This document shows, piece by piece, positions 1 through 10,126 of a stretch of 64,000 nt of DNA. How positions within the stretch are numbered: position 1 is the first letter of the stretch; the number at the start of each line of letters is the position of its first letter. The DNA comes from a virus: positions 1 through 64,000 of IMG/VR virus record IMGVR_UViG_3300020442_000015. The stretch is one strand, 5' to 3'. The translations under genes and the position numbers were made by a program. The notes under the pieces are model-generated. The model was not told the DNA's origin. It ran no database searches and worked only from the letters and a program-made list of their open reading frames with translations.

Positions 1-177
1 GCCTATGATTTTGTAAGTCAGGAGATTAGGGCAGCAGAAGATCCTGAGTTCGAGACTTTCTATACTAAGAACATTCTTTTGAACGAAGGTCTTCGTGCCT
101 GGTTGGCACCCATTGATCAACCACACGAATCGTTTGTGTTCCCTGAAGAAGTATTGCCACGAGGCAACGCTCTTTGA
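1..177 (+). CDS. psbD: Photosystem II D2 protein, 3' end (partial)
   Basis: Frame 1 reads [34 protein letters not shown]...[10 protein letters not shown], the canonical D2 C-terminus. Confidence 0.97.
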   Translation, partial: AYDFVSQEIRAAEDPEFETFYTKNILLNEGLRAWLAPIDQPHESFVFPEEVLPRGNAL

Positions 178-185
178 TATACTAC

Positions 186-209
186 GAGCACCCCACGGGG
201 TGCTTTTTT
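186..209 (+). terminator. Intrinsic terminator after psbD
   Basis: AGCACCCC-AC-GGGGTGCT inverted repeat followed by a T-tract. Confidence 0.8.
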
Positions 210-238
210 AATACATAAGATACAACCGTTTTATCGCA

Positions 239-529
239 ATGACCTACTCTGTTACTATCAAGAATTCTGATGGTGAGACCACTATCCAATGTGCATCGGA
301 TGAGTACATCCTAGATGCTGCTGAAGAGGCAGGTATCGATCTTCCGTACTCCTGTCGTGCTGGTGCTTGCTCTACTTGTGCTGGTAAGATTCTTTCAGGA
401 ACTGTTGATCAGTCAGACCAGTCTTTCCTCGACGATGATCAACTTGAAGCAGGTTTTGCACTGCTCTGTGTCTCTTATCCCACGTCCGATTGTGTTGTTC
501 AAGGTGAAGCGGAGGAACAATTATATTGA
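239..529 (+). CDS. petF: Plant-type [2Fe-2S] ferredoxin
   Basis: [13 protein letters not shown]...LLC cluster motif. Confidence 0.97.
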   Translation: MTYSVTIKNSDGETTIQCASDEYILDAAEEAGIDLPYSCRAGACSTCAGKILSGTVDQSDQSFLDDDQLEAGFALLCVSYPTSDCVVQGEAEEQLY

Positions 530-759
530 TAAAACTTCTACGCATCTGGAAATATTCTCTTGGAAGTTTCAGTGATGACAAGACAGAACCATACGATAAT
601 TACATCGCTGCTGTACGCACAATCTTGTTCGTCTCCTATCTTGTCACCAACTGCTTCATCATTTCTGGTGTCATCAGGCACTGGGATGATGGCATAAATA
701 AAAAGAAACAGAATTCCATTAGTTATGTCCACTGTGCCAGGGAACAATCATTGGTTTGA
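526..759 (+). CDS. Small hypothetical membrane protein
   Basis: [10 protein letters not shown] motif plus one hydrophobic segment; TTG start overlaps the petF stop. Confidence 0.6.
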   Translation: MIKLLRIWKYSLGSFSDDKTEPYDNYIAAVRTILFVSYLVTNCFIISGVIRHWDDGINKKKQNSISYVHCAREQSLV

Positions 760-3700
760 TCGTAATTGCGATCCCACAGATGCTCCCCAACAGCAGGAGC
801 AGGTCGCCTCGGGCGGTGGTAACGTTGGTTCCCCCCAAGGCGGTCCTGCTGACTCAACTGTAAACCAAGTAATTGAAGATCTAATTGGGCAGTGCTACCC
901 ATCGCAAGCACCTACGTCCATCAGGAATTTTATTGGAGATGATGCTCCAAAGATTCCTAATGAGATGAACCTGGACTGGAGTGGTATATTTCAAATCATT
1001 GACGGGTACGGAATCCCAAGACCTGATACCACAAAGATCAGGGTGAACTTTCCAGACGTGGGAGAACCTGGATCTGGTAGCATCTGTTATGACAGAGGTG
1101 ATGGTGTTCTTGACTGCTCTGTTCCAAAGAACCCAGACTTCGATGCCTGCATCAAGGATCACCTTGATTGTATGTTCAAACCTTATGTGGGTGGTGCTTG
1201 GAAACCACCTTCTACAGACTGTGATGCATTCATTCCTAAGCAAACATTTGGTACCTCAAATAAGATCTGTATTGCCAACTGTGTTCCCGAAAGGGTACCG
1301 ATCTATGAGCACGTGTTAGGTGGTCCTGAGGTTGGTGAAGACAATGCCACATTCAGTAGTAACTCTACTCTCAGTATCAGTGCTCCCTCTATCGTAACGA
1401 TTGAATTCTGGTGGGATGATAATCCTGGCACTGCTGGAGTTGCAGTTAATACCGTCACCATTGATGGAACTACATTTACACGTAATGGAACCAAAGGTAA
1501 GTCTACCGAAACATTCAATCTTGATGCAGGTAACTACACCATTTCCTACACAGGTCTGAACTCTGTTGGTAATCATTACGTCACCAACAGTTACGGAAAC
1601 AATAAGAACATTAAGTTTGAGGATGCAGATGGTAGTGACCAGAACGCACGTCTGACTATCGTGGATAGCGGTGTTGCAACCAACCACCTGTACAGTCTGG
1701 ATGAGACCCCTCCTTCGGGTTACAACGCCACTGGCAAGGTTTTCTATGGACACCCCGCCACTGCCGTTCAGGACGCCACCAGATCGATTCCAGTGTATGT
1801 GTCGTACTCCTCCGCGAAGGTGGACACAATGCTCACTACAAGACCTGAAGCCGAAAAGTCTACGATGGACTCGTATGGTATGGGTGCACGTGATGAAACG
1901 CTGTTCTGGGCTTACGATGATACCGATGATATGATCTCCTCACTGATGGATGGTGAAGAAGCACACGCTCTGCACAGATACTTCAGTCCTGATAAAAGAG
2001 ATCACCTCTATACATTACAACCTCTTGGTGGTGCAACTCTAGAACCTAATCTGAAGAAGGGTAGGTACAGGTTGGTTGATAAAGCACAAACTTATTTGAA
2101 CATTGCTTTTGAGGCACGTAAGGGTAATGCTGGTCGCGAGAATACATTCTTCTGGTATGTGACTGACGGACTGGGTGGTGATCCTGTCTATGGTGAAGTT
2201 ATTATGCCTAACATCACTGATGCATCGGGTAAGTTCATCCACAAGATCAACAAGAAACTTCTCAATCAATACATTCCTTGTGACTTTGGTTTTGGTATCG
2301 TCCCTGATGGTAATGATGAGAACGGTGGTGTTGAACAAGGTGATGTTCTGTCGTTCTCTGACACTGGTGATGGGTGGAAATGTAACTTGGACAGTGTGGA
2401 ACCAGATAACATTTCATTCTTCTCAGAGAGGAGATTGAATAGAGATGAGAAAGAGTGTACTCTGTGGCCAAATAGAAGGTGGCAGTATTGGGAGGATATG
2501 TTCTCAGGTAGTGATGAGGATTATGATGATGTGAAGATCTCATACAACCTCACGTATGGAAACTCGGCATATTATTATGAGGGTATCCAGTGCTATGTGT
2601 TTGACCAACCTGCAACGCCTGTGTATCAGGATCTGAAAACGTCTGACTGTGCACAAGCAGTCTTCGATGGTGCGTTCGGTGATGTTGAACTCATCCGTAC
2701 AGGTTGTGGAAATATGTCTGAGAATGAGACCGAAGGTGATGGTGCTGGTTGTGGTAAGTGTACGGGTGAGTATGGATATACTTTGAACAAAGTACAATCT
2801 ATTACTGCAACACGTGACGCCACTCTGACTCTAAGAACTCACGGTGGTATGACTGGTGGTAGAAATGATTGCTGTGTCTTTACCTACGGGATTGAGATCA
2901 ACGGCAACGAAACTATGAGTGAGAGGGTACACGTCAAAGACTGGGGAATTATTGGTAGAGTTCTTCAAACTTTCAATGTATCAAAGGGTGATCAGGTCAC
3001 ATTCAAAATTAAGAATGTCAATCGTGGTCACTACAATAGTAGAACTGCACCAGCAGTGTCTCTAAGAGATGAAACTCAGGAAGAGATTCTGAATACGTGG
3101 ACCATTAACATCACTACGACTTCTCAGGGATACAATGATCAGAACCCTGGTCAGGTTGATGGAAGAGCTACTGAGGCAACCGAACCTTGTGGACTCCCCG
3201 TTAGCGGTAAACTATTTGCAACTTGTAATGACACTCAAGAAGATCTGACGACGGTGCTAACCAATAAGGCGGTTCAGAATAACTTCCTGGAGACACGTGG
3301 AGATCTGAACTGTGACATTGAGGTCATCGGTGGTAAGTTAGTCAAAGATATGTCTACTAACCAAACAGGTTTCCTTAATACCAAAGGTGATGGTGGTGTA
3401 ACCCTGAAACTTACATACCAGATTCTTAATCCTGCTACCTATCACATCCGTTGGTCACTCAATGAGGTGCTTGATTATGGTCGCGGTGGTTGGGAAACAG
3501 GTGATACATTCAGATTGTTTATTGGTTCTTGGACCAAGATCAAGAAGAGTGCTGCCAAGACATACAAAGACGATCCAACTATCAGGAACAGGAAAGAGAA
3601 ATACTATCTTGGATTCAAGGTGACTGGTATCAATGGTCTACAGTGTCCAGATACCAATAGTGATCAGGGCAAGATTCAAGATGTCAAGTTCTTTGCTACA

Positions 3701-4327
3701 TCATATGCCTATAGAGTTGATCCTATTCTGGAACCCAGAAGAGTTATCAACAACAGGTCCATCACTGGCAATGAATTTAAGATCAATATGAATGAGTTGT
3801 TCCAGAGTATGTTCTTGTACGATGCTGGTGTTGCAACATCATTCGATGAATATTGGTTGAAGGAATCAGCAGCAGGTAGAGAGGTTGCTTTCTATCAGGA
3901 CTATAGAGACGTTCGTGGATTCAAATTCAGAGCTAAGATTCGTGTTCAACGAATCGATCACTATGCTGATGGTGACACCTATGAGTATCCTAAGTATGGA
4001 TGGTTTGGTAACTGGAGTATTTCTCAGGTAGACAGTTACGGTAAGAGATATGGTGAGAATGAAACTCTTATGATTGAGTTCCCACCTGGTCGATTGCAGA
4101 CAACTACAGGACAAGAAACAGAGGCACCATACTATCCTGTACAGGATAATCTCCCTAAAGATGTTCTTGTTACAGACAGAACGACTGGTAGATTCAAGCG
4201 TAATGCACGCTGGGCAATTTACCAATCTTCACACGACAAGAATAGTAATGTGTGGTATAGTAACCAGACATCATTCAAACCTTCACAGAAGGTTTACATT
4301 GAAACTCAAATTACTGACGTAGACTAA
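725..4327 (+). CDS. Large putative virion structural protein (1200 aa)
   Basis: Late promoter ATAAATA near 694; beta-rich; Cys pairs; DUF4114-like WEDM..GSDEDYDD and HRYF..DHLYT motifs. Confidence 0.7.
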   Translation: MSTVPGNNHWFDRNCDPTDAPQQQEQVASGGGNVGSPQGGPADSTVNQVIEDLIGQCYPSQAPTSIRNFIGDDAPKIPNEMNLDWSGIFQIIDGYGIPRPDTTKIRVNFPDVGEPGSGSICYDRGDGVLDCSVPKNPDFDACIKDHLDCMFKPYVGGAWKPPSTDCDAFIPKQTFGTSNKICIANCVPERVPIYEHVLGGPEVGEDNATFSSNSTLSISAPSIVTIEFWWDDNPGTAGVAVNTVTIDGTTFTRNGTKGKSTETFNLDAGNYTISYTGLNSVGNHYVTNSYGNNKNIKFEDADGSDQNARLTIVDSGVATNHLYSLDETPPSGYNATGKVFYGHPATAVQDATRSIPVYVSYSSAKVDTMLTTRPEAEKSTMDSYGMGARDETLFWAYDDTDDMISSLMDGEEAHALHRYFSPDKRDHLYTLQPLGGATLEPNLKKGRYRLVDKAQTYLNIAFEARKGNAGRENTFFWYVTDGLGGDPVYGEVIMPNITDASGKFIHKINKKLLNQYIPCDFGFGIVPDGNDENGGVEQGDVLSFSDTGDGWKCNLDSVEPDNISFFSERRLNRDEKECTLWPNRRWQYWEDMFSGSDEDYDDVKISYNLTYGNSAYYYEGIQCYVFDQPATPVYQDLKTSDCAQAVFDGAFGDVELIRTGCGNMSENETEGDGAGCGKCTGEYGYTLNKVQSITATRDATLTLRTHGGMTGGRNDCCVFTYGIEINGNETMSERVHVKDWGIIGRVLQTFNVSKGDQVTFKIKNVNRGHYNSRTAPAVSLRDETQEEILNTWTINITTTSQGYNDQNPGQVDGRATEATEPCGLPVSGKLFATCNDTQEDLTTVLTNKAVQNNFLETRGDLNCDIEVIGGKLVKDMSTNQTGFLNTKGDGGVTLKLTYQILNPATYHIRWSLNEVLDYGRGGWETGDTFRLFIGSWTKIKKSAAKTYKDDPTIRNRKEKYYLGFKVTGINGLQCPDTNSDQGKIQDVKFFATSYAYRVDPILEPRRVINNRSITGNEFKINMNELFQSMFLYDAGVATSFDEYWLKESAAGREVAFYQDYRDVRGFKFRAKIRVQRIDHYADGDTYEYPKYGWFGNWSISQVDSYGKRYGENETLMIEFPPGRLQTTTGQETEAPYYPVQDNLPKDVLVTDRTTGRFKRNARWAIYQSSHDKNSNVWYSNQTSFKPSQKVYIETQITDVD

Positions 4328-4603
4328 ATGGATTACTGGGACAGGCGATTGATGAAATCGACTATGGAACTCAAAGCAGTGAAGAATGCTTTGGAGGAGT
4401 CCGACGGCGACCAAAGGTATGCCGCTAAGAAACTAAAGAAAATCCGTAAATTCTTCAAATCACCCCTCGGAGAGGTTGCTCGCATTGATCAATCAATATA
4501 TAATGTTAGCAAACAATCACAGGAGGCTGCCGATGGCGACAAAGGACCAGAAACTCAGGGGGATGAGTCTCTTGATAGAGAGTCTGATCGAACCGAACCC
4601 TGA
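4328..4603 (+). CDS. Hypothetical protein
   Basis: ORF abuts the upstream stop codon. Confidence 0.55.
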   Translation: MDYWDRRLMKSTMELKAVKNALEESDGDQRYAAKKLKKIRKFFKSPLGEVARIDQSIYNVSKQSQEAADGDKGPETQGDESLDRESDRTEP

Positions 4604-4715
4604 ACTGAGGGCAGACGCACACGAACAGAAGTGTTATCACGAACTAATGATGTATCGTGATGAGTGTATTGAGTATTGTCGCCGTCGGTACGTTGAGGTT
4701 GTGCAAGAACAATGA
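4533..4715 (+). CDS. Hypothetical protein
   Basis: ATG at 4533 preceded by AGGAGG. Confidence 0.6.
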   Translation: MATKDQKLRGMSLLIESLIEPNPELRADAHEQKCYHELMMYRDECIEYCRRRYVEVVQEQ

Positions 4716-4924
4716 TCAACCTCCATATGAAATACAATCATTACCTGCACACCGACAGGACGATTGATCACGATGACATCAACGAAAAACTTATCTCTTA
4801 TGGATGGACAGATGATGGAAAGAACGTGACAGGTTACTACCTGGTTACTGAACACCACGTTTTGTACTTCAATCTTAAAGAGCAACTTGTATCCAAGGAA
4901 AAAACTAAGGAACGGGTTGCATAA
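4712..4924 (+). CDS. Hypothetical protein
   Basis: ATGA-coupled ORF followed by a terminator. Confidence 0.6.
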   Translation: MINLHMKYNHYLHTDRTIDHDDINEKLISYGWTDDGKNVTGYYLVTEHHVLYFNLKEQLVSKEKTKERVA

Positions 4925-4946
4925 GTCCTCCTGATTGTATCAATAA

Positions 4947-4972
4947 GCACCATCTATCGATGGTGTTTTTTT
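4947..4972 (+). terminator. Intrinsic terminator
   Basis: GCACCATC-TATC-GATGGTGT plus T-tract. Confidence 0.8.
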
Positions 4973-4973
4973 G

Positions 4974-5056
4974 TATAAATAAAAATTCGTAACGTTCGTA
5001 ACGAATTATTACAGCGATCCTAGGGGTTGACGAATCCTAAAAGTATGCTGTATATT
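4974..5056 (+). promoter_or_regulatory. T4-type late promoter (TATAAATA 4974-4981) plus sigma70-like promoter (TTGACG 5027, 18 nt, TATATT 5051)
   Basis: Consensus matches upstream of the beta-barrel gene. Confidence 0.6.
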
Positions 5057-5135
5057 ACTCAAGCGATCGACACAAGTCGGTCCTCCATCTGCGGGTAACC
5101 ACTCCGCAAGCAAACTACAAAGAGGAAAACATCTA

Positions 5136-5501
5136 ATGATCAAATCTGCACTGACAGCACTCGCTGCTACCCCCCTGATGGCAGGCGCTGCCCTGGCAGG
5201 TCCCTACGTGAACGTGGAAGCGAACTCCTCGTTCACTGGTTCCGACTACACTGGAACGACGACCGACGCCCACGTGGGCTACGCTGGTGAAGCTGGCGCT
5301 GTGTCCTATGGTGTCCAAGCAGGTCCTAGCTTCGTCGTTACTGATGGTGGCGAGAGCGACACTGTTCTGTCTGGTAAGGCATATGCAAGTGTTGCTGCAA
5401 CCGAGTCTCTCTCCGTTTACGGTGAAGTTTCCTTCGCTGGTGGCATCGACGATGCTGACAACGGTTACGGCACCAAGGTGGGCGCAACCTGGTCCTTCTG
5501 A
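5136..5501 (+). CDS. Small outer-membrane beta-barrel / porin-like protein
   Basis: Signal peptide ending ALA, alternating beta-strand pattern, C-terminal beta-signal KVGATWSF. Confidence 0.75.
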   Translation: MIKSALTALAATPLMAGAALAGPYVNVEANSSFTGSDYTGTTTDAHVGYAGEAGAVSYGVQAGPSFVVTDGGESDTVLSGKAYASVAATESLSVYGEVSFAGGIDDADNGYGTKVGATWSF

Positions 5502-5527
5502 TCAGTCAAATAGCGATACTATATACT

Positions 5528-5552
5528 GGGCAGGATAATCCTGCCCTTTTTT
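5528..5552 (+). terminator. Intrinsic terminator
   Basis: GGGCAGGA-TAA-TCCTGCCC plus T-tract. Confidence 0.85.
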
Positions 5553-5567
5553 AATGCTTCTCCTGTT

Positions 5568-5813
5568 ATGAAACCAAACACTACTGTCATTTACACCAGA
5601 CGCAACTGTCCCTTCTGCACCAAGATCAAAAAGGTGTATGATGCTAAGGGATGGACCTACGCTGAACTTGTTCTCGATGAGAACTACACTCGCGATCAGT
5701 TCTGGGGTGAGTTTGGACGCTCTGCCACCTTCCCTCAACTCATTGTTGATGGTAAGAAAACTGGTGGTTGCAACGAGACCATTAGTGAATTCCGTTCTAA
5801 GGGATGGGTCTAA
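5568..5813 (+). CDS. nrdC: Glutaredoxin
   Basis: CPFC active site, TFPQ and GG motifs. Confidence 0.9.
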   Translation: MKPNTTVIYTRRNCPFCTKIKKVYDAKGWTYAELVLDENYTRDQFWGEFGRSATFPQLIVDGKKTGGCNETISEFRSKGWV

Positions 5814-5886
5814 TTCACTAAATAATATTAAGTATCGTAGGAGGTCTTTCTTTTTTGCAAACCATTCACCTTACAGGAGAGACCAA

Positions 5887-6117
5887 ATGCTACAAGCGGT
5901 TTACACATTTGCCATCTTCGGTGCATTCATTCTAGGTGGGGTCATTTCCTGGATCGCTAAAGAATATGTTGATGCTTATATCGACAACGCTCATTACGCG
6001 AAGTCCATAACTCACCCTGAGATGTTGAACGAAGATGGAACAGTGAACCAAGAAGAGTTGATCTACTTGCGTTTCACTGATGATGATGCTACACTCGATG
6101 ACGAAGACGACGACTGA
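5887..6117 (+). CDS. Conserved hypothetical membrane protein
   Basis: ATG 5887 after AGGAG; TM segment, HPEM motif, acidic tail. Confidence 0.7.
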   Translation: MLQAVYTFAIFGAFILGGVISWIAKEYVDAYIDNAHYAKSITHPEMLNEDGTVNQEELIYLRFTDDDATLDDEDDD

Positions 6118-6119
6118 TT

Positions 6120-6998
6120 ATGATCCTTGTGGATATGAATCAGGTGATGATTGCAAACCTTATGGTTTCGCTTTCTCAATCTGATGAATTGCAAGAAGGA
6201 CTGGTCCGCCATATGGTACTCAATGCTTTACGAAAGTATCGCAAAGAGTTCCGTAAAGAATATGGCGAACTGGTCCTTTGTTATGACTCGAAAAACTATT
6301 GGCGACGAGAAGTCTTCCCTCATTACAAGGGCACACGTAAGCGTGACCGAGAGAAGTCTAAGCATAACTGGAACAACATCTTCGATCTACTGAACAAACT
6401 AAAAGATGAATTCAGAATTTCATTACCATACAAGGTTGTTGAGGTCGATGGTGCTGAAGCAGATGACATTATTGCAATCCTGGTTAAAGAGCAGGGACTC
6501 AAGAACATCAGACTCCAGAACAATATGCAACCCGCCCAGAAAGTTCTGATTCTTTCTGGAGATAAAGACTTCATTCAACTGCAACGATTCAAATTCGTTA
6601 CGCAGTACAACCCAGCACTCAAGAAGTATGTTAATGGGGTAGACCCATTCCTATACATCTCTGAGCACGTTCTCAAGGGTGATCGGAGCGATGGTATCCC
6701 AAACTTCCTATCGGATGACAAGTGCCTGCTAGAGGGGCGCAGACAGCGACCTCTGGCAAAGAAGAAGATCGAGCATTGGATCACACAAGATCCTGACGAC
6801 TTCTGTCCTGATGAGACTATCAAACAAAACTACCTGAGGAATCAACGACTGATTGATTTCCAGTTCATCCCTACGGAGGTTGAGGAATCTATTATAGATA
6901 CCTATGAGAACTTTGATCCTCCTGCACGTAAATATGTGTGGAAGTATCTTGTCGAAAACGAACTCAATGATTTGCTCCAAAATCTAGGAGACTTTTAA
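6120..6998 (+). CDS. rnh: T4-type RNase H / 5'-3' exonuclease
   Basis: MILVD, EADD, SGDKDFIQL and GDRSDGIPN motifs. Confidence 0.95.
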   Translation: MILVDMNQVMIANLMVSLSQSDELQEGLVRHMVLNALRKYRKEFRKEYGELVLCYDSKNYWRREVFPHYKGTRKRDREKSKHNWNNIFDLLNKLKDEFRISLPYKVVEVDGAEADDIIAILVKEQGLKNIRLQNNMQPAQKVLILSGDKDFIQLQRFKFVTQYNPALKKYVNGVDPFLYISEHVLKGDRSDGIPNFLSDDKCLLEGRRQRPLAKKKIEHWITQDPDDFCPDETIKQNYLRNQRLIDFQFIPTEVEESIIDTYENFDPPARKYVWKYLVENELNDLLQNLGDF

Positions 6999-7000
6999 CT

Positions 7001-7453
7001 ATGGCTATGAAATTGCTTATTTCTGAAGTCCTGCAGAAGGTACACAGTGCCAAGACGAAAGCAGAAAAGATCCGTCTATTGCAGGAGAACAACTCACAGG
7101 TGCTCAGGTCTCTGTTCATCTGGAACTTTGATGACAGTGTACAAACCATCCTGCCCGAAGGTGATGTCCCTTATACACCTAACGATGCACCCGTTGGTAC
7201 TGAGCACACACGTCTCGAAGTAGAAGGACGTAAACTGTATTACTTCATCAAGGGTGGTGCAGATAATGTGCCACGTATGCAGCGTGAGAATATGTTTATT
7301 CAAATGCTGGAAGGTCTGTACAAGGATGAAGCGAAGGTGCTTTGTCTAGTCAAGGACAAACAACTCCACAAAAAGTATCGCATCACCAAAGCGGTGGTCA
7401 CTGAGGCATTTCCGTCGATCAACTGGGGTGGTCGAAGCAAGGATGGCAAATGA
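7001..7453 (+). CDS. Conserved T4-like hypothetical protein
   Basis: LPEGDVPY and RENMFIQMLEGL motifs typical of the gene following rnh. Confidence 0.75.
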   Translation: MAMKLLISEVLQKVHSAKTKAEKIRLLQENNSQVLRSLFIWNFDDSVQTILPEGDVPYTPNDAPVGTEHTRLEVEGRKLYYFIKGGADNVPRMQRENMFIQMLEGLYKDEAKVLCLVKDKQLHKKYRITKAVVTEAFPSINWGGRSKDGK

Positions 7454-7721
7454 TTTTATGCAGACTAAGATCAGGATTCTAGAAACGAATTGTGATCCTA
7501 GTCGTGCAAGCGATCGAACCCTGCCCTACACTTCATACTTGGTTGAGTATCTAGACGACACTGCTAAGAGATGTTATGATCTTATTATCTGTAATAAGCA
7601 AGTTGACATCTTTGATCACTATTGGGACAGATACCGACACAATTTTGTTGGATGGGTCCAGACGGATGGTAGAGTCAACCCTAAATTATGGAACCCCCCT
7701 GGAAGCAGCAAAAAGAAATGA
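7443..7721 (+). CDS. Hypothetical protein
   Basis: Coupled ORF ending GRVNPKLW. Confidence 0.65.
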   Translation: MANDFMQTKIRILETNCDPSRASDRTLPYTSYLVEYLDDTAKRCYDLIICNKQVDIFDHYWDRYRHNFVGWVQTDGRVNPKLWNPPGSSKKK

Positions 7722-7966
7722 CCATTTACAATAATCTTCCTGGACGAAAGGTTCAGGAAGAAGAACCAAAGGTTGAATTGAAGTCTGAAGATCTTGTAAC
7801 TGCGGAAGCAGTTGGTAAGTTCATCGGAATTTATTTAATGGGTCCGCTAGTTGTTATGCTATGCTGGAACTATGTTGTACCATATTTGTTTGCCCTAAAA
7901 GGCATCAACTATCTACACGCACTTTGTATTATTATCATCGCGAGATTCCTACAGAATGACAAATAA
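7718..7966 (+). CDS. Hypothetical membrane protein
   Basis: Two hydrophobic segments; ATGA coupling. Confidence 0.6.
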   Translation: MTIYNNLPGRKVQEEEPKVELKSEDLVTAEAVGKFIGIYLMGPLVVMLCWNYVVPYLFALKGINYLHALCIIIIARFLQNDK

Positions 7967-8705
7967 CCTGTACGGTGAACCTCAAGAGCATCGCTCTAAG
8001 GTTTGTCTCATCTCAGTCACACCTGACGCTGAAAAGCATATGGGTTATGTGGCACGTGTAAGCAACCCAAAGAATCAGAACAACCCCTCGGTTGAGAAAC
8101 TCCTTCGCTATTGCATCAAGCACGGACACTGGTCTGTGTTCGAGCAAGCGTTTATGACACTGGAGATCAACACTACCAGGGGTCTGGCAGCTCAAATTTT
8201 GAGGCACCGTAGCTTCACATATCAAGAGTTTTCCCAGCGGTATGCTGATACGAATCTTCTCTCTCAAAAGATTGAAGTTCCTGACCTGCGTCTCCAAGAC
8301 TCTAAGAACAGGCAGAACAGTATCGATGCTGTAGAAGCAGATCGGAAAGCATTCCTTCAAGGTCGCATCCATCAATACTTTGTTGAAGGTATGGACCTGT
8401 ACAATGAACTCCTTCGAGAGGGAATCGCAAAGGAGTGTGCTCGTTTTGTGCTTCCCCTCGCCACGCCCACTAGAATCTATATGACAGGATCTGTGCGTTC
8501 GTGGTGCCATTATATTGCCCTGAGGTCTGCTAACGGTACACAGAAGGAACATATGGAGATTGCTGAACTGTGTAAGCAACACTTCATCTGTCAGTTCCCT
8601 ATCACCGCAGCAGCAATGGACTGGTGTGATGAGGAGTGTCCTTGTAATGCAAAGGAAGATTGTCTTGACTGGAGTGATCTTGCTCCTTCATTGAGGATCG
8701 ACTAA
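7956..8705 (+). CDS. thyX: FAD-dependent thymidylate synthase
   Basis: HWSVFE, RHRSFTYQEFSQRY, ARFVLP and TQKEH motifs. Confidence 0.97.
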   Translation: MTNNLYGEPQEHRSKVCLISVTPDAEKHMGYVARVSNPKNQNNPSVEKLLRYCIKHGHWSVFEQAFMTLEINTTRGLAAQILRHRSFTYQEFSQRYADTNLLSQKIEVPDLRLQDSKNRQNSIDAVEADRKAFLQGRIHQYFVEGMDLYNELLREGIAKECARFVLPLATPTRIYMTGSVRSWCHYIALRSANGTQKEHMEIAELCKQHFICQFPITAAAMDWCDEECPCNAKEDCLDWSDLAPSLRID

Positions 8706-9298
8706 TGTCAACCGAGGTCATCCCTCTGTTCTCATCTCCACTGTATGTCTCAGTGGATGGTGAGATGCCTGAGGTCGGTAAAGAACTTCAGGAGATTGAG
8801 TGTGTCGAGAGTGGGACTGGTGGATTCTTGTCACAAGAAACCAATGTACTGGATGTTCTTCCACAAGAACTATCTGATTGGGCATACAGACACGTAAGAG
8901 AGTACGTGAATGGTGTGATGGGTGTTAGTTCAGATCACAACCTACAGATTCCAAACTCTTGGATCAGTGTCCTACACAAAGGACAGAGTGCTGGATCACA
9001 CGACCACACCAACAGTATGTACTCAGCGGTGATGTTCCTGTCAGCACCAGAAGGATCTGCAGAACTTGTGTTCGATGCCAACAGGTACAAGATGCTTGAA
9101 CCTACGATTGCAAATTACAATTTGTATAACTCAAGTGTCTATAGAATTTCGCCCAAGACTGGGATGATATGTTTATTCCCCTCCGATATGGTTCACTATG
9201 TGACTGAACATCAGTTGGATGAACCTCGCGTTAGTCTTTCCTTTAATATATTTGTGAGAGGAAAGTTCGGAGTACAAACTAAATTGCTTACACTATGA
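8705..9298 (+). CDS. 2OG-Fe(II) oxygenase (TIGR02466-like)
   Basis: LFSSP start, HDH...FPS..H...R.SLSFN. Confidence 0.85.
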   Translation: MSTEVIPLFSSPLYVSVDGEMPEVGKELQEIECVESGTGGFLSQETNVLDVLPQELSDWAYRHVREYVNGVMGVSSDHNLQIPNSWISVLHKGQSAGSHDHTNSMYSAVMFLSAPEGSAELVFDANRYKMLEPTIANYNLYNSSVYRISPKTGMICLFPSDMVHYVTEHQLDEPRVSLSFNIFVRGKFGVQTKLLTL

Positions 9299-9915
9299 CA
9301 GAGATTCAGGCACTACCACTATTCTCTACACCTGTATACGTTACCGATCCCGATAGGGATATGCCTGACATCTTACCTCAGGTAAAGTCTCTAGAGTATG
9401 TTCGTTATTCATACTCTGATCTGGCACACAGGACGATGGATCAACAGGTGCTTGAGAGTTTCCCAGAGATGGCAAAGTGGTTGGAAAGACACATCAATGA
9501 ATACACTCACGGTATGCTCGGGATTAGTTCCGAGCATCATCGTATGAAGGTAACCACATCTTGGGTCAATAAATATAATGTCGGAGGAAGTTCCTATCCT
9601 CACTTCCACGACAACAGTATGTACTCTGGAAATGTATTCTTGTCTGGCAACAGTGGTGCTCTCGTGTTTGAAAGACACAAACACTCGATGATGAAACCAA
9701 CTATTGCTATTCAGAACATATATAATTCCACCCAATACAAAATTGCACCACGCGATTCTGTTCTTGTATTATTTCCATCAAACGTGGTACACTTTACAGA
9801 ACCTACCAACGTAGAAAGATATACATTGTCTTTCAATATGCGCGTGGAAGGTACTCCCGTCTGGATAGAAGACCAATTCACTGAAGAACAAAATGCCGAC
9901 CTACGAATGGATTAA
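9295..9915 (+). CDS. 2OG-Fe(II) oxygenase (TIGR02466-like), tandem paralog
   Basis: SWVN, HFH..SMYSG, FPS..H, RYTLSFN. Confidence 0.85.
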   Translation: MTEIQALPLFSTPVYVTDPDRDMPDILPQVKSLEYVRYSYSDLAHRTMDQQVLESFPEMAKWLERHINEYTHGMLGISSEHHRMKVTTSWVNKYNVGGSSYPHFHDNSMYSGNVFLSGNSGALVFERHKHSMMKPTIAIQNIYNSTQYKIAPRDSVLVLFPSNVVHFTEPTNVERYTLSFNMRVEGTPVWIEDQFTEEQNADLRMD

Positions 9916-10123
9916 CAAAGAGACAGGAGAGATCACGTCAAATTATATGGCGATCTCTGCTCTTGATAAATATAAAGAAGAGCATCCTGAACTTGAAAGA
10001 TATTTCGGGAACCAGAACATCAACACTGTCTACGGCAAACCGAAGCAAGCAGATGGATTCAAGCAAGTAATGCAGAAGATCCAATCTGCTCACCCTGCCG
10101 CAAATTTGAGTCGTTTCACCTAA
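9893..10123 (+). CDS. Conserved small protein (FmdB-like)
   Basis: MPTY...TGE start; usual position upstream of phoH. Confidence 0.65.
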   Translation: MPTYEWINKETGEITSNYMAISALDKYKEEHPELERYFGNQNINTVYGKPKQADGFKQVMQKIQSAHPAANLSRFT

Positions 10124-10126
10124 ATT

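Noticed and set aside
4998-5012. Possible NtcA site
   Set aside because: Spacing is GTA-N9-TAC rather than N8
9893-10126. Pho box upstream of phoH
   Set aside because: No tandem PhoB-type repeats seen; the gene is tightly coupled in an operon
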